Shown here in pieces: positions 9,729 through 19,461 of a stretch of 64,000 nucleotides of DNA. Positions within the stretch are counted from its first letter, which is position 1. Every line of letters starts with the position of its first letter. The notes under the pieces were generated by a model. It was not told the DNA's origin, searched no databases, and saw nothing but the letters and a program-made list of their open reading frames with translations. The DNA is taken from assembly GCA_964658265.1 (NCBI GenBank), contig CAZZYN010000006.1:13790-77789 (forward strand). The letters run 5' to 3'. The translations under genes were made by a program, and so were the position numbers. This DNA comes from an uncultured Acetobacteraceae bacterium. Its GTDB lineage: Bacteria; Acidobacteriota; Terriglobia; Terriglobales; Acidobacteriaceae.

Positions 9729-10580
9729 TTACTTCTTCGTCTTTACTCCGTGCCGAAAGGGCGCAGTGGAAGAGATGGTTACCTGGAGAGCGTGGTTCGT
9801 CTCACCGACGATCCCGTTGCCGGCCGGCATGGCCTGGTAGAGGTAGCCGATCTCCAGCTGTAGGTCTTTCTTGACGTCCCAGCCGATGGCTCCGTAGGTC
9901 CTGTTTTGGTCGAGTGCCTGTGAGCCGCCGTGAGGACCGAAGTTCACGAAGACTTCGTTGTAGACCGAGGCGTAATCCGGAAGAGCCCCGGACGTTTTCC
10001 AGCGGAAGGGCACATCGGCGGTCAGCCGGTAGCGTGCGCGCTCGGCAAACTCCCACGCGGTGGTGCCGACATCGATGGTCGAAGTGCCTTCGAAACGTTG
10101 TTCGGCGCGGAAGCGATGGGCCAGCTTTACTGCCTGCTCACCGTGGCCGAGCAGACGGTGGGTGACTTTGAATTCCTCGAGGATGCGGTGTTCGGGCTGG
10201 GGGCCAGTGGTGGTTGGCTCGCCCAGGCTGGCGCCTTCGAAGGGATAGTCGCGCAGGTAGGTGTAGGCGAGCATTGCGGTCAGGCCGTGCCCGAATGCAT
10301 AGTAGACGCCGGGCCTTACCAGCAGCTGCTCCCAGCGCTGGCCCAGGTCTTCGCGCCGGTATTGCCCTTCAAGGTGGATACCCCATGCCGGGGTCAGGGC
10401 GTGGTCGCCAAAGTACATATACCAGGCCGACCGCTCGGCACCGCCGCTGGGCAGCGCTGCCTGTGCCCGCGCTGCAGGAAAGAACGCGAAGATCCCCCAG
10501 GCGAGCACCAGTACAGCAGGCAGGCGTGCAGAAACATGGCGGAGGAGACTGGTGCGGCCGAACGAAACTGGAGCAGTCAT
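9729..10580 (-). CDS. Secreted beta-rich protein, DUF2490-like (putative outer-membrane protein)
   Basis: Signal peptide ending ARAQAA. The sequence has an aromatic- and Gly-rich alternating pattern and the terminal residue is not aromatic. The resemblance to DUF2490 is from memory only. Confidence 0.55.
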   Translation of the reverse strand: MTAPVSFGRTSLLRHVSARLPAVLVLAWGIFAFFPAARAQAALPSGGAERSAWYMYFGDHALTPAWGIHLEGQYRREDLGQRWEQLLVRPGVYYAFGHGLTAMLAYTYLRDYPFEGASLGEPTTTGPQPEHRILEEFKVTHRLLGHGEQAVKLAHRFRAEQRFEGTSTIDVGTTAWEFAERARYRLTADVPFRWKTSGALPDYASVYNEVFVNFGPHGGSQALDQNRTYGAIGWDVKKDLQLEIGYLYQAMPAGNGIVGETNHALQVTISSTAPFRHGVKTKK

Positions 10581-10729
10581 CCAGCATGAGATGTAAGCCT
10601 GATCCAGACGGTGTCGACGAGAACGCGTCCCCGGGGCGGTCGAGTCAGCGGCGGGTGTTGACTACGGCGCAGGATTGGCGGGGCAGGCTGTTCGTTGGCA
10701 GAGGCGGCAGCTATAATCGAATCATCAGG

Positions 10730-11785
10730 ATGCCGGTATCCGCCTACAGATCGACCCTTTCCTTCAAGCTCAAAGCAGCAGCCCGCAAAGCTCGCGAGCT
10801 TGGGATTGTGGGCCATGCCCTCGCCTCGACACATCATCCTGTCATGGCGCAGATTGTGCCCATGCGTCGATGCAATCTTTCCTGCGCCTACTGTAATGAG
10901 TATGACGAAGTGTCGAAGCCGGTTGCGCTCGAGGAAATGTATCGGCGGATCGATGATCTCGGCCGCCTGGGTACCAGCATCATCACGATTTCAGGCGGCG
11001 AGCCGCTGCTGCATCCCGAGCTCGATGACATCATCCGGCGCATCCGCAAGGTCGGATCGCTTGCCGGCATGATCACGAACGGCTACCTGCTGGTGCCGGA
11101 GCGGATTCAGAGATTGAATGCTGCCGGGCTCGATCACATGCAGATTTCGATCGACAATGTGCAGCCGGACGAGATTTCGAAGAAAAGCCTGAAGGTGCTG
11201 GATCGCAAGCTGCAGAATCTCTCGGAGAATGCTGATTTCCACGTGAATATCAACTCCGTGGTGGGCGGCGGAATCAAGAATCCGATTGACGCGCTGGTGA
11301 TCGGTCGCCGGGCCCTGGAGCTTGGCTTTACCTCGACAATCGGGATTATTCACGATGGCAGCGGGCAGTTGAAGCCGCTGGTCGATGAAGAGCGGCGTGT
11401 GTATTACGAGATGGTCAACCTGGAGAAGAAGAACTACTCCCGATTCAACCATTTCCAGGAGGCCATTGCCAACGGCAAGCCGAATGACTGGCGCTGCCGG
11501 GCCGGGTCGCGGTACCTGTATATCTGTGAGAACGGGCTGGTGCATTACTGCTCGCAGCAACGGGGCTTTCCGGGTACGCCACTGTCGCAGTATATGCAGG
11601 CGGACCTGGACCGCGAGTTTCGTTCGGAGAAGGGCTGCGCGCCTAACTGTACTGTGTCGTGTGTTCACCAGATTTCGTACATCGATCACTGGCGGGCGCC
11701 GCAGACGCGTCATGCAGATCCGGGGCTGCCGCTGCAAACAGATGACGCCAGTCATGACTCAGCACTGGTAAATATCCAGCTGTAG
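10730..11785 (+). CDS. Radical SAM enzyme with C-terminal Cys-rich (SPASM/twitch-like) region
   Basis: CNLSCAYC (CxxxCxxC) plus the GGEP SAM-binding motif. The C-terminus has C-x9-C-x7-C-x28-C-x3-C-x3-C. The start was moved to ATG 10730 because the ORF-track 5' extension overlaps the opposite-strand gene and is Arg/Pro-rich. Confidence 0.8.
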   Translation: MPVSAYRSTLSFKLKAAARKARELGIVGHALASTHHPVMAQIVPMRRCNLSCAYCNEYDEVSKPVALEEMYRRIDDLGRLGTSIITISGGEPLLHPELDDIIRRIRKVGSLAGMITNGYLLVPERIQRLNAAGLDHMQISIDNVQPDEISKKSLKVLDRKLQNLSENADFHVNINSVVGGGIKNPIDALVIGRRALELGFTSTIGIIHDGSGQLKPLVDEERRVYYEMVNLEKKNYSRFNHFQEAIANGKPNDWRCRAGSRYLYICENGLVHYCSQQRGFPGTPLSQYMQADLDREFRSEKGCAPNCTVSCVHQISYIDHWRAPQTRHADPGLPLQTDDASHDSALVNIQL

Positions 11786-12085
11786 CCAACCCTCCGGGCC
11801 TGTTTACCCTCACAACTGCAACGGCACGTTACCACTCATTACTCAGAAGCCTTCGCCAAGTTACGGTAGTGGTCTAGCATTCTGCCACTTAAGCTGTATT
11901 GTGAATGCATGCGGTGGTTCTTCTTGAACTGCCTGAAACTGCAGCCTTTCGGGGGAGGGGCTTCTGAGTCAGGTGGCTAAAGAAGAATCGCCGCGACTGA
12001 CAACACGGCTCCTGTTGCAAGGCCGCTTTAGAGAACGCAGCGCCGGGCTCCAGGCCATGAGACAAGCTGAAGGAAAGGGCTCCGA

Positions 12086-12289
12086 ATGAATCCATTGCAG
12101 CTTGCCAGCGCACTAGAGCAGACCCGCTCCATTCCCCTCGAACAGATCGCTTCCGTCGCCATGGACTACAAGCGACAGCTGGCCGTAGTGCAGCTTCACT
12201 CAGGCACCGAGGTTCAGATGGAAGCCAGCGGCTACCCCGAGTTGATCGAGAAGCTTACAGAACTGTATTCAGGACGCTACGTAGCCTAA
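12086..12289 (+). CDS. Small hypothetical protein (67 aa, no Cys, C-terminus ...TELYSGRYVA)
   Basis: ATG preceded by a purine-rich GGAAAGGG. The gene is followed by a clean intrinsic terminator at 12315-12346. I recognise no family. Confidence 0.5.
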   Translation: MNPLQLASALEQTRSIPLEQIASVAMDYKRQLAVVQLHSGTEVQMEASGYPELIEKLTELYSGRYVA

Positions 12290-12314
12290 GTACAACATGG
12301 CGCCAAATGTTCAC

Positions 12315-12346
12315 GCCCACTCCTGATGGAGTGGGCTTTGTGCTTT
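12315..12346 (+). terminator. Rho-independent terminator
   Basis: GCCCACTCC (12315-12323), loop TGAT, GGAGTGGGC (12328-12336), then TTTGTGCTTT. Confidence 0.65.
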
Positions 12347-12441
12347 CTGGACTGTGCGGTCATCGGCACCCTGTCCTGCATAGCTCGGCTTACTTGGAGA
12401 AATGCGGATGCCGCGTTTGGTTAAGGCTGCAATGGGTCGCT

Positions 12442-13968
12442 TCAGTCCCGCTTGACGCCCCGCAGTTCCACCACGGCCAGGCCCTGTGCCGGGACGCTCA
12501 CGTGGACTGATCCATCCTGCGCTGGTAGATATTCCGGCAGGCTTTTCGCACCCACTTTCTGCAGCGCGGCAACCTGTTCCCTGGTCGGGAACTGTGGGCT
12601 GCCCATCGCTTTCCAGGCATCGAGAGTATTGCCGTGCTGGCCGTCGGCGCGCCAGATTACTGCAGATTCGGCCTTGCTGCCCTTCAAAGAAACGTTGAAC
12701 TCCCTGGCCGGCGCCGTCACTCCCGGCTCCACGAGGTTCCACAAGGCCACGATCAGCGAGCCGTCCCCGCGCCTGGTGACCAGCGCATCGGTTGATGGAT
12801 TGGGCAGCCGCGTGGTTCCAAGTTCATGCAGGATGGAGAATGCATTTAATGCCGGTTTCGGGATTTCGTCCTCCGCCACCAGTCCGTAACCTCCGTAGAA
12901 CGGCGTCTTGACGACACCCTGCTCTTCAAACACATCGGAGAACGACCAGTAGGACATCATGGCGGTCATGCCGTCGCACTCGCGGATGGTGTTGGCCATC
13001 CATGGTCCGATATAGGTCGAGTCGGTGATCTCCTGCTGGTTCATGTAGGTTGCGTTGAACTCGCTCCAGATCAGCGGCATCTGCGGGCGAGCCGAGTGCA
13101 CGATCTGTTCATGCACATGCTTGACGGCTTCGCACACCATTCCGTGCGGAGGAATTGTCTGCGGTTTGCCGAAGACGTCCTGCGCGGTGTCGTTGCCATA
13201 CACGTGCGTCGACACAAAATCGAGTGGCACATTCTGAGCCGTGGCGTGGGCGATGATCGCGTCCACCCATGCTGCCTGGGCGGTTGCGGGACCACCGACG
13301 CGCAGGCGCGGGCTGACTGCTTTCACGGCACGGGCGGCGTGATCGTATAGCTCGAAATAGGTCGACTGGGCCGGGCGGCCGGTCCAGAAATCGATATTGG
13401 GTTCATTCCAGACCTCGAAGTACCAGCTTGCTACTTCATCAAGGCCATAGCGATCGACGAGGTGCTGCGTGAAGGCCTGCACCAGGGCGCCCCACTTGTT
13501 GTAATCGGCCGGCGGCGCGACGATCTGCTTATACCAGAAGGCGTGGTAATCCAGCCGCGAAGCCATTTTCTTCGGGGTAAAGCTCAGCTCGACGAAGGGC
13601 TTGACGCCATTCTCCAGCAGGCCGTCATAGATGTGGTCCACGTAGGACCAGTTGTACAGCGGCTTGCCGTCTTTATCTTCATCGTAGACGCCGACTTCGT
13701 CGTGGAAGATGGCGTGAAAGCGGACGTACTTGAAGTCGGTGGCGCTTCGTACGGTGACCAGGTCGTGGCGGTAGTCTTCGCGCAGCGACAGGATGGCGCG
13801 GCCAGAGCCGAACATCTGCTCCCAGAAATGCGGAAACGCTCTGCCCGGAGCGGTTGTATCCACGGTGATGGTCTCTATTGCCGAAGCGGGTGTCTCTGAA
13901 CCGGCGAGCGAGGCAGCAGGCATCAGAGCTGCCAGGGCGAGCAACGCGGGGAAACGAAAAATGGGCAT
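12442..13968 (-). CDS. Secreted GH39 glycoside hydrolase (beta-xylosidase-like)
   Basis: WYFEVWNEPNIDFW acid/base motif and IWSEFN nucleophile context. The start at ATG 13968 is preceded by a GAGGAGGA Shine-Dalgarno and followed by a signal peptide MPIFRFPALLALAAL. Confidence 0.85.
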   Translation of the reverse strand: MPIFRFPALLALAALMPAASLAGSETPASAIETITVDTTAPGRAFPHFWEQMFGSGRAILSLREDYRHDLVTVRSATDFKYVRFHAIFHDEVGVYDEDKDGKPLYNWSYVDHIYDGLLENGVKPFVELSFTPKKMASRLDYHAFWYKQIVAPPADYNKWGALVQAFTQHLVDRYGLDEVASWYFEVWNEPNIDFWTGRPAQSTYFELYDHAARAVKAVSPRLRVGGPATAQAAWVDAIIAHATAQNVPLDFVSTHVYGNDTAQDVFGKPQTIPPHGMVCEAVKHVHEQIVHSARPQMPLIWSEFNATYMNQQEITDSTYIGPWMANTIRECDGMTAMMSYWSFSDVFEEQGVVKTPFYGGYGLVAEDEIPKPALNAFSILHELGTTRLPNPSTDALVTRRGDGSLIVALWNLVEPGVTAPAREFNVSLKGSKAESAVIWRADGQHGNTLDAWKAMGSPQFPTREQVAALQKVGAKSLPEYLPAQDGSVHVSVPAQGLAVVELRGVKRD

Positions 13969-14112
13969 GATCCTCCTCTGGCATCCACTGTAACGCCAGC
14001 ATGGGCATGAATCAGGCAGATGCATCGACCATTCAGATGCACCGGGCGATCACCAGACAAGGCGAGCCCGGCAGTCTGCCGGGCTCTCAGGGCGTTTTGG
14101 GTTGTGGCTCGG

Positions 14113-15057
14113 CTAAGAAGCCCGGCCGACGCGCTGGGCTGCTTCTGCCGGGGTTAACTGCTTGGCGTAGACCTTCTTGGCCAGCCCGATCTTTTTGAGG
14201 AAGAGGATGCCCCACCAGTTGAAGTCAACTTCATACCAGGCCATCCCGTGTTTGGCAGAAACCGGGTGCGCATGGTGGTTGTTGTGCCAGCCTTCGCCAC
14301 CCGTCAGCAATGCTACCCACCAGTTATTAGTGGAGTCGTCCTTGACCGACCAGCGGCGCGATCCGAACATGTGGGTTGCTGAATTGACCAGCCAGGTCGC
14401 ATGCCAGCCGCAGACGACGCGAAGGAATACACCCCACAGGACAAAGCTTGCGGCACGTTTCATGCCGCCCAGGGCATAGCCGCTTGCCAGCAGGCCGGCG
14501 GCGAGCACGAATATCGGCAGCCAGTGGTATTTGCTGAGCCAGCGGTAGTAGCTGTCCTTCATCAGGTCCGGAGCATAGCGTTTCAGCAGAGGACTGTGAT
14601 TGCTGAGATTGCCGTTGGTGATCCAGCCCAGGTGCGACCACCAGGCGCCCTCGCGCGGGGAGTGCGGATCGCCCGGTTTGTCAGTGTATTGATGGTGCAG
14701 GCGATGGACGGCCACCCAGTAGATTGGTCCACCCTGCAGGGCAAGTGTTGCGCCCGTGGTCAGGCAGTACTCCAGCCACTTGGGGACGGCATAGCCGCGA
14801 TGGGTCAGCAGGCGATGGTAAGCCATGGCGATGCCGCCGTTCTGCGCAATGATCCAGAACACCACTGTGGTGACCAGCGCCTGCCAGGAGAAGAAAAACA
14901 GTGCAGCGACTGCACCGGCGTGGAAGAACAGGAGGAAGATGGCGAAGGTCCAGTCCAGCGAGCCGGCGGCTGTCTCGTGGAGGATCAGTTCTTTATCTTT
15001 ATCCGGTGCGGAATATAGAGGCGCCGAAGCGGTAGGGTCGATGATCGTGGTTGCCAT
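14113..15057 (-). CDS. Membrane acyl-CoA/acyl-lipid delta-9 fatty acid desaturase
   Basis: Three histidine boxes: HRLLTHR, HRLHHQYTD and WHNNHHAHP. Four hydrophobic helices. Confidence 0.9.
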   Translation of the reverse strand: MATTIIDPTASAPLYSAPDKDKELILHETAAGSLDWTFAIFLLFFHAGAVAALFFFSWQALVTTVVFWIIAQNGGIAMAYHRLLTHRGYAVPKWLEYCLTTGATLALQGGPIYWVAVHRLHHQYTDKPGDPHSPREGAWWSHLGWITNGNLSNHSPLLKRYAPDLMKDSYYRWLSKYHWLPIFVLAAGLLASGYALGGMKRAASFVLWGVFLRVVCGWHATWLVNSATHMFGSRRWSVKDDSTNNWWVALLTGGEGWHNNHHAHPVSAKHGMAWYEVDFNWWGILFLKKIGLAKKVYAKQLTPAEAAQRVGRAS

Positions 15058-15214
15058 AAGGGGTGTCCAAGGAAAGGCTATATGTGATCTTCCTGCCCCA
15101 GGTCACTCCGGCCTGTAAGAGTTTGGTAACAGCGCCGACTTTCCTATAGCAGTGCAATTTTATCCCGCTTCGGCCTCCTGTTTTAAGGTCCGGCTATACG
15201 CAGGTGGCTGGAGC

Positions 15215-15655
15215 TCAGAAGCGGGCTACCAGCCAGACACCGGCAATCATGAGGCCACAGCCGAGTGTGCGCATCGGGGTGAGGGCATGCTGCTGAAAGC
15301 CGACCCATCCATAGTGATCGAGCAGGGCCGAGACGACGACGGACGCGGTAATTGTCAGGCCCGTGAAAACGCCGGAACCCAGCTTCTGTGCCAGCATCAG
15401 TCCGGCCATGGTCGAGGCAATACTGACCAAGCCGCCCGGCCATGCCCATGCACTCGCTTCTCCCGCTCGCGATGCAGGGAATGCCTGCCTCAACACCAGT
15501 TGCAAAAGTAGTAATCCGCCGAAGCCCGTGGCGTAGACGGTCAGCCCGGCCCAAAGCGGTGATGCCAGTTGTTTGTTCAATTGTGCATTCATACCGGACT
15601 GCAGCGGATTGGCTGCGCCCGCTGCCAGCGCAACCACAAAGAATAACCAGGACAT
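15215..15655 (-). CDS. DMT-superfamily small membrane protein, YdcZ/DUF606-like
   Basis: About 147 aa with 4-5 helices, starting MSWLFFVVALAAGAANPLQSGMNAQL. The longer ORF-track version adds an implausible N-terminus. Confidence 0.65.
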   Translation of the reverse strand: MSWLFFVVALAAGAANPLQSGMNAQLNKQLASPLWAGLTVYATGFGGLLLLQLVLRQAFPASRAGEASAWAWPGGLVSIASTMAGLMLAQKLGSGVFTGLTITASVVVSALLDHYGWVGFQQHALTPMRTLGCGLMIAGVWLVARF

Positions 15656-15789
15656 GGAAAAGCCTCGTTCCTTCGGATGCAGGTTTGCGGCCGCGCCGGA
15701 TTCTGCCTGTGCGTGCCGGAAATGCTGCAGAATGTGGATCAGGCAGCGAACCGAGGCTTCTTTGTTGCCCGCCGGCGCCCGCGACAGCA

Positions 15790-15814
15790 ATGTAGGACTA
15801 ACGTTGTCGCATAT
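15790..15814 (+). promoter_or_regulatory. Candidate IscR type-1 operator
   Basis: ATGTAGGACTAACGTTGTCGCATAT matches about 15 of 25 positions of my recollection of ATASYYGACTRWWWYAGTCRRSTAT. The match includes the GACT/GTC cores and the AT/TAT flanks. It lies 20 nt upstream of the iscR ATG and is embedded in the inverted repeat GCGACA-N18-TGTCGC (15781-15810). Confidence 0.3.
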
Positions 15815-15833
15815 CAGGTACACTGGTAACAGC

Positions 15834-16310
15834 ATGTTGCGACTCACCAAAAAAGCGGACTACGGACTGATGGCTTTGAAGTTTCTGGCCGAGCATCCGG
15901 GACTGGCTTCGCAGAGTGCGAAGGACATAGCGGACGCCTACGGAATTCCGGCACAGCTGCTGGCCAAGATCCTGCAGCGGCTGACCAAGGTAGGCCTGCT
16001 TCGGTCGCATGCGGGCATCAACGGCGGCTACTCGCTGACCCGGCGCCCAGCAGATATCAGTGCTTTTGAAGTGATACACGCAATCGACGGACCTTTGTTT
16101 ATCACTTCCTGCGATAACGGCCTGAGGCAATGCGACCTGAACGACAGCTGCACCATCAAAGAGCCATTACGCAAAGTTAACGACAGTATTTCGGATGTTT
16201 TGAAGGCATTGAGTATTGCCGATATGTGTGACTCGGAGCAGGCTCTTCATCGCCATGCGATGGGTATGCCGACCGGGCAGCATACGACCCTGATCACCCT
16301 GAACCGATAA
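15834..16310 (+). CDS. iscR: Rrf2-family Fe-S cluster regulator IscR
   Basis: MLRLTKKADYGLMALKFLAEH Rrf2 wHTH. Cys residues are in the C-terminal half (FITSCDNGLRQC...DSC). It is the first gene of the isc operon. Confidence 0.85.
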   Translation: MLRLTKKADYGLMALKFLAEHPGLASQSAKDIADAYGIPAQLLAKILQRLTKVGLLRSHAGINGGYSLTRRPADISAFEVIHAIDGPLFITSCDNGLRQCDLNDSCTIKEPLRKVNDSISDVLKALSIADMCDSEQALHRHAMGMPTGQHTTLITLNR

Positions 16311-16382
16311 TGCCCGCGGCCGGTGAGCCCCGGGACGGATCAAAAGATTGAAGTAGATGTACACGAGCCAGGAGATACAACG

Positions 16383-17687
16383 ATGAGCACTATCGCCACT
16401 GAATTAAATAGCGCCGAGGCCACCTCGTTCAACGGCGCAGCCATCCACAGCAATGTCCAGGCGCCGAAGGACATTAAGCTGCCGATCTACATGGACAACC
16501 ATGCCACGTCGCAGATGGATCCCCGCGTCCTCGAGGCCATGCTGCCTTACTTTACGGACGTGTACGGAAATGCCGCCAGCCGCAATCATTCCTTCGGCTG
16601 GACAGCCGAGCAGGGTGTGGATGTGGCTCGGGAACAGGTGGCGAGGCTGATTGGCGCCACGGCGAAGGAGATCATCTTCACCTCCGGCGCCACCGAAAGC
16701 AATAATCTAGCAATCAAGGGTATTGCCGAGATGTACCGCGAGCGCGGCAATCACATCATTACCCAGGCGACCGAGCACAAGGCTGTTCTTGATACCTGCA
16801 AACGCCTGGAGAAGTCCGGCTACAAGGTGACGTATCTTGCCGTGAAGGATAACGGCCTGATCGATCTCGACGAGCTGAAGGCGGCCATGACCGACCAGAC
16901 CATCCTGGTGTCGATCATGTTTGCGAACAACGAAATTGGCGTGGTGCAGCCAGTGGCTGAGATCGGCAAGCTGTGCCATGAGAAGAATGTGATCTTCCAC
17001 ACGGATGGCGTGCAGGCTGTTGGTAAGATCCCGGTCGATGTGCAGGCCATGAATATCGACCTGTTGTCACTGACTGCGCACAAGATCTACGGTCCGAAGG
17101 GTGTGGGCGCGCTGTATGTTCGCCGCCGTAATCCGCGGGTGCAGATTTCCGAGCAGATCAATGGCGGCGGACACGAGCGCGGCATGCGTTCGGGCACACT
17201 CAACGTGCCGGGTATCGTCGGACTGGGCAAGGCCTGCGACATTGCGCGTGAAGAGATGCCGACCGAGGCCGAGCGTCTGGGACGTCTGCGCGATCGCTTG
17301 AAGGCAAAGCTTGAGTCGCAGCTCGACTACATCCACGTCAACGGCACCATGGAGCATCACCTTCCGGGCAATCTCAATATGAGCTTCGTGTACGTGGAAG
17401 GCGAATCGCTGCTGATGGGCATCAACGATATTGCGGTTTCGAGTGGATCGGCATGCACCTCGGCAACACTGGAGCCATCCTATGTATTGAAGGCGCTCGG
17501 GCTGGGCGATGATGTGGCTCACAGCTCGATCCGCTTCGGGCTTGGCCGCTTCAACACGGAAGCCGAAGTGGATTATGTCGCCGACAAGATCATCGATGTG
17601 GTGCAGAAGCTGCGCGAGCTTTCGCCGTTGTACGAGATGGTGAAAGAAGGCATTGATATCTCGAAGATCGAGTGGCAGGCTCACTGA
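16383..17687 (+). CDS. iscS: Cysteine desulfurase IscS
   Basis: Class V aminotransferase with PLP-Lys context [12 protein letters not shown], catalytic loop SSGSACTS, and a C-terminal EWQAH tail typical of IscS. Confidence 0.95.
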   Translation: MSTIATELNSAEATSFNGAAIHSNVQAPKDIKLPIYMDNHATSQMDPRVLEAMLPYFTDVYGNAASRNHSFGWTAEQGVDVAREQVARLIGATAKEIIFTSGATESNNLAIKGIAEMYRERGNHIITQATEHKAVLDTCKRLEKSGYKVTYLAVKDNGLIDLDELKAAMTDQTILVSIMFANNEIGVVQPVAEIGKLCHEKNVIFHTDGVQAVGKIPVDVQAMNIDLLSLTAHKIYGPKGVGALYVRRRNPRVQISEQINGGGHERGMRSGTLNVPGIVGLGKACDIAREEMPTEAERLGRLRDRLKAKLESQLDYIHVNGTMEHHLPGNLNMSFVYVEGESLLMGINDIAVSSGSACTSATLEPSYVLKALGLGDDVAHSSIRFGLGRFNTEAEVDYVADKIIDVVQKLRELSPLYEMVKEGIDISKIEWQAH

Positions 17688-17755
17688 GCCTAGTCCACGA
17701 CGAAGAGCAGTTTTGAATTGCAGGAACAGTAGTTTTAGAAACGCCGGAGGAATAC

Positions 17756-18181
17756 ATGGCATACAGTGATAAGGTCATCGACCACTACAACAATCCCCGC
17801 AACGTAGGTCAGCTCGACAAGTCCAGCAGCGAAGTCGGCACTGGATTGGTTGGCGCACCAGAGTGCGGAGACGTCATGCGTCTGCAAATCAAGGTCAACC
17901 CGGCGACGCAGGTCATTGAAGAAGCCAAGTTCAAGACCTTTGGCTGCGGTTCTGCCATTGCCTCGTCGTCGCTTGCGACGGAGTGGGTGAAGGGCAAGAC
18001 GATCGAAGAAGCTATGTCGATCACCAATACGGATATCGTCAAGGAACTGGCGCTGCCGCCGGTGAAGATTCACTGCTCCGTGCTTGCAGAGGATGCGATC
18101 CGCGCAGCAATCGGCGACTGGAAGAAGAAGAACAACGTGGCAGAAACTGCGGGCGTTGAAACCGCCGTTGCTGCGCACTAA
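17756..18181 (+). CDS. iscU: Fe-S cluster scaffold IscU
   Basis: MAYSDKVIDHYNNPRNVG, GAPECGDVM, FKTFGCGSAIASSS and LPPVKIHCS motifs. Confidence 0.95.
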   Translation: MAYSDKVIDHYNNPRNVGQLDKSSSEVGTGLVGAPECGDVMRLQIKVNPATQVIEEAKFKTFGCGSAIASSSLATEWVKGKTIEEAMSITNTDIVKELALPPVKIHCSVLAEDAIRAAIGDWKKKNNVAETAGVETAVAAH

Positions 18182-18268
18182 GTAGTTCCGGATTAGCGGC
18201 GACTGGCGGGCATATAGCCACTCGCCGCTACCTGGATTCAGCAAAACAGGTCTTCTCTCGAATTGCAC

Positions 18269-18694
18269 ATGACTCAGCTCACATCCATCTCGCCCGCAGG
18301 ATCGGCCGCTCAGGAGCCAGCGACTGCTGCGTCTGAAACCAGTGCTGCAAATTCCAAGATCCAGGGCGTGCAGGTGACGGACAAAGCCGTTCGTCGCATC
18401 CGCACTGCCATGGCGAAGGAAGGCATCGCTCCCGACCAAGGTGGTCTGCGGCTTGGTATCCAGGGCGGCGGGTGCTCAGGTTTGTCTTACAACATTCGCT
18501 TCGATACGCAGCCGCGCGAGCGGGATCGCGTGTATACGTTTGACGATGTGCGGGTTTTCGTCGATCCCAAGTCGTTCTTATATCTGAATGGCATGATCCT
18601 CGACTACGAAGAGACGCTGATGCGCCAGGGCTTCAATTTCATCAACCCGAATTCGAAGAAGTCCTGCGGCTGCGGCTCCTCTTTCTCCGGCTAG
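18269..18694 (+). CDS. iscA: A-type Fe-S carrier IscA/HesB family
   Basis: GGGCSGLSY and the C-terminal CGCGSSF signature. It has a low-complexity N-terminal extension. The start could be TTG 18263 or ATG 18269. Confidence 0.9.
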   Translation: MTQLTSISPAGSAAQEPATAASETSAANSKIQGVQVTDKAVRRIRTAMAKEGIAPDQGGLRLGIQGGGCSGLSYNIRFDTQPRERDRVYTFDDVRVFVDPKSFLYLNGMILDYEETLMRQGFNFINPNSKKSCGCGSSFSG

Positions 18695-18778
18695 GTACTG
18701 GCCAAAAAGACAGGCGCTTAGCGCTTATCCCCCGATGGTCGAATTTGTTTTCCTGACGGAGAGGCGTTCCGTGCTTTG

Positions 18779-19444
18779 ATGTCGGCGCTGCGACAAATGT
18801 TAATGAATTCTATGCAGACTCAAGAGCAGAGCATGACCGATCCTGGCAAAACCGCTGATTATTTCAGTGTCTTTGACCTTCCGCGTAAGTTGACTGTCGA
18901 TGTGCCGGCGCTTGAGAAGCAGTTTTACAGACTCAGCCGCAAGCTGCATCCGGACCTGCATGCGCAGGCTGGACCGGATGAGCAGACCGCTATTCTGGCG
19001 CAAAGTTCGCAGTTGAATGATGCGTACCGGACACTGAAGCATCCGGTCGCGCGCGTGGATTATCTGCTGACCCTTACCGGCGCGCGCATCAGCGAGAACG
19101 ATGCCAGCAAAAAGCCGGATGCTCCGCGTGTTCCTGCCGATCTGCTTGAAGAAGTCTTCGAGTTGAACATGCAGCTGGAAGAGATGCGGGCCAATAAGAA
19201 GATGGGCGAAGACGATACACAGCTTCGCGCGGATCTCGAGAAGGCGCAGGCACAATTTAGTAGCCAGCTTGCTGCTGTCGATCAGGATTTGGAACATGCC
19301 GGTTCTGCGTGGGACCAGGCGCTCGATCAGCAGGACGAAGTCGGCAAAGCTGCCATACTCAAAGACCTTGCCGCACTCCTTGACCGGCGAAACTATCTGC
19401 GTAACCTGGTTCGTGACGTGACTGAGACACTCGAAGCAGCCTGA
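18779..19444 (+). CDS. hscB: J-type co-chaperone HscB
   Basis: J-domain [33 protein letters not shown] followed by a helical C-terminal domain. Its position is between iscA and hscA. The start is ambiguous, with several in-frame Met up to 18833. Confidence 0.85.
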   Translation: MSALRQMLMNSMQTQEQSMTDPGKTADYFSVFDLPRKLTVDVPALEKQFYRLSRKLHPDLHAQAGPDEQTAILAQSSQLNDAYRTLKHPVARVDYLLTLTGARISENDASKKPDAPRVPADLLEEVFELNMQLEEMRANKKMGEDDTQLRADLEKAQAQFSSQLAAVDQDLEHAGSAWDQALDQQDEVGKAAILKDLAALLDRRNYLRNLVRDVTETLEAA

Positions 19445-19461
19445 TTCAGAAGAAAGTTCCC

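Noticed and set aside
10214-10729. ORF-track 5' extension of the radical SAM gene (523-aa version)
   Set aside because: The extension overlaps the opposite-strand DUF2490-like gene for about 370 nt. It is Arg/Pro/Gly-rich, like an out-of-frame GC-rich translation. The conserved radical SAM N-terminus begins after ATG 10730.
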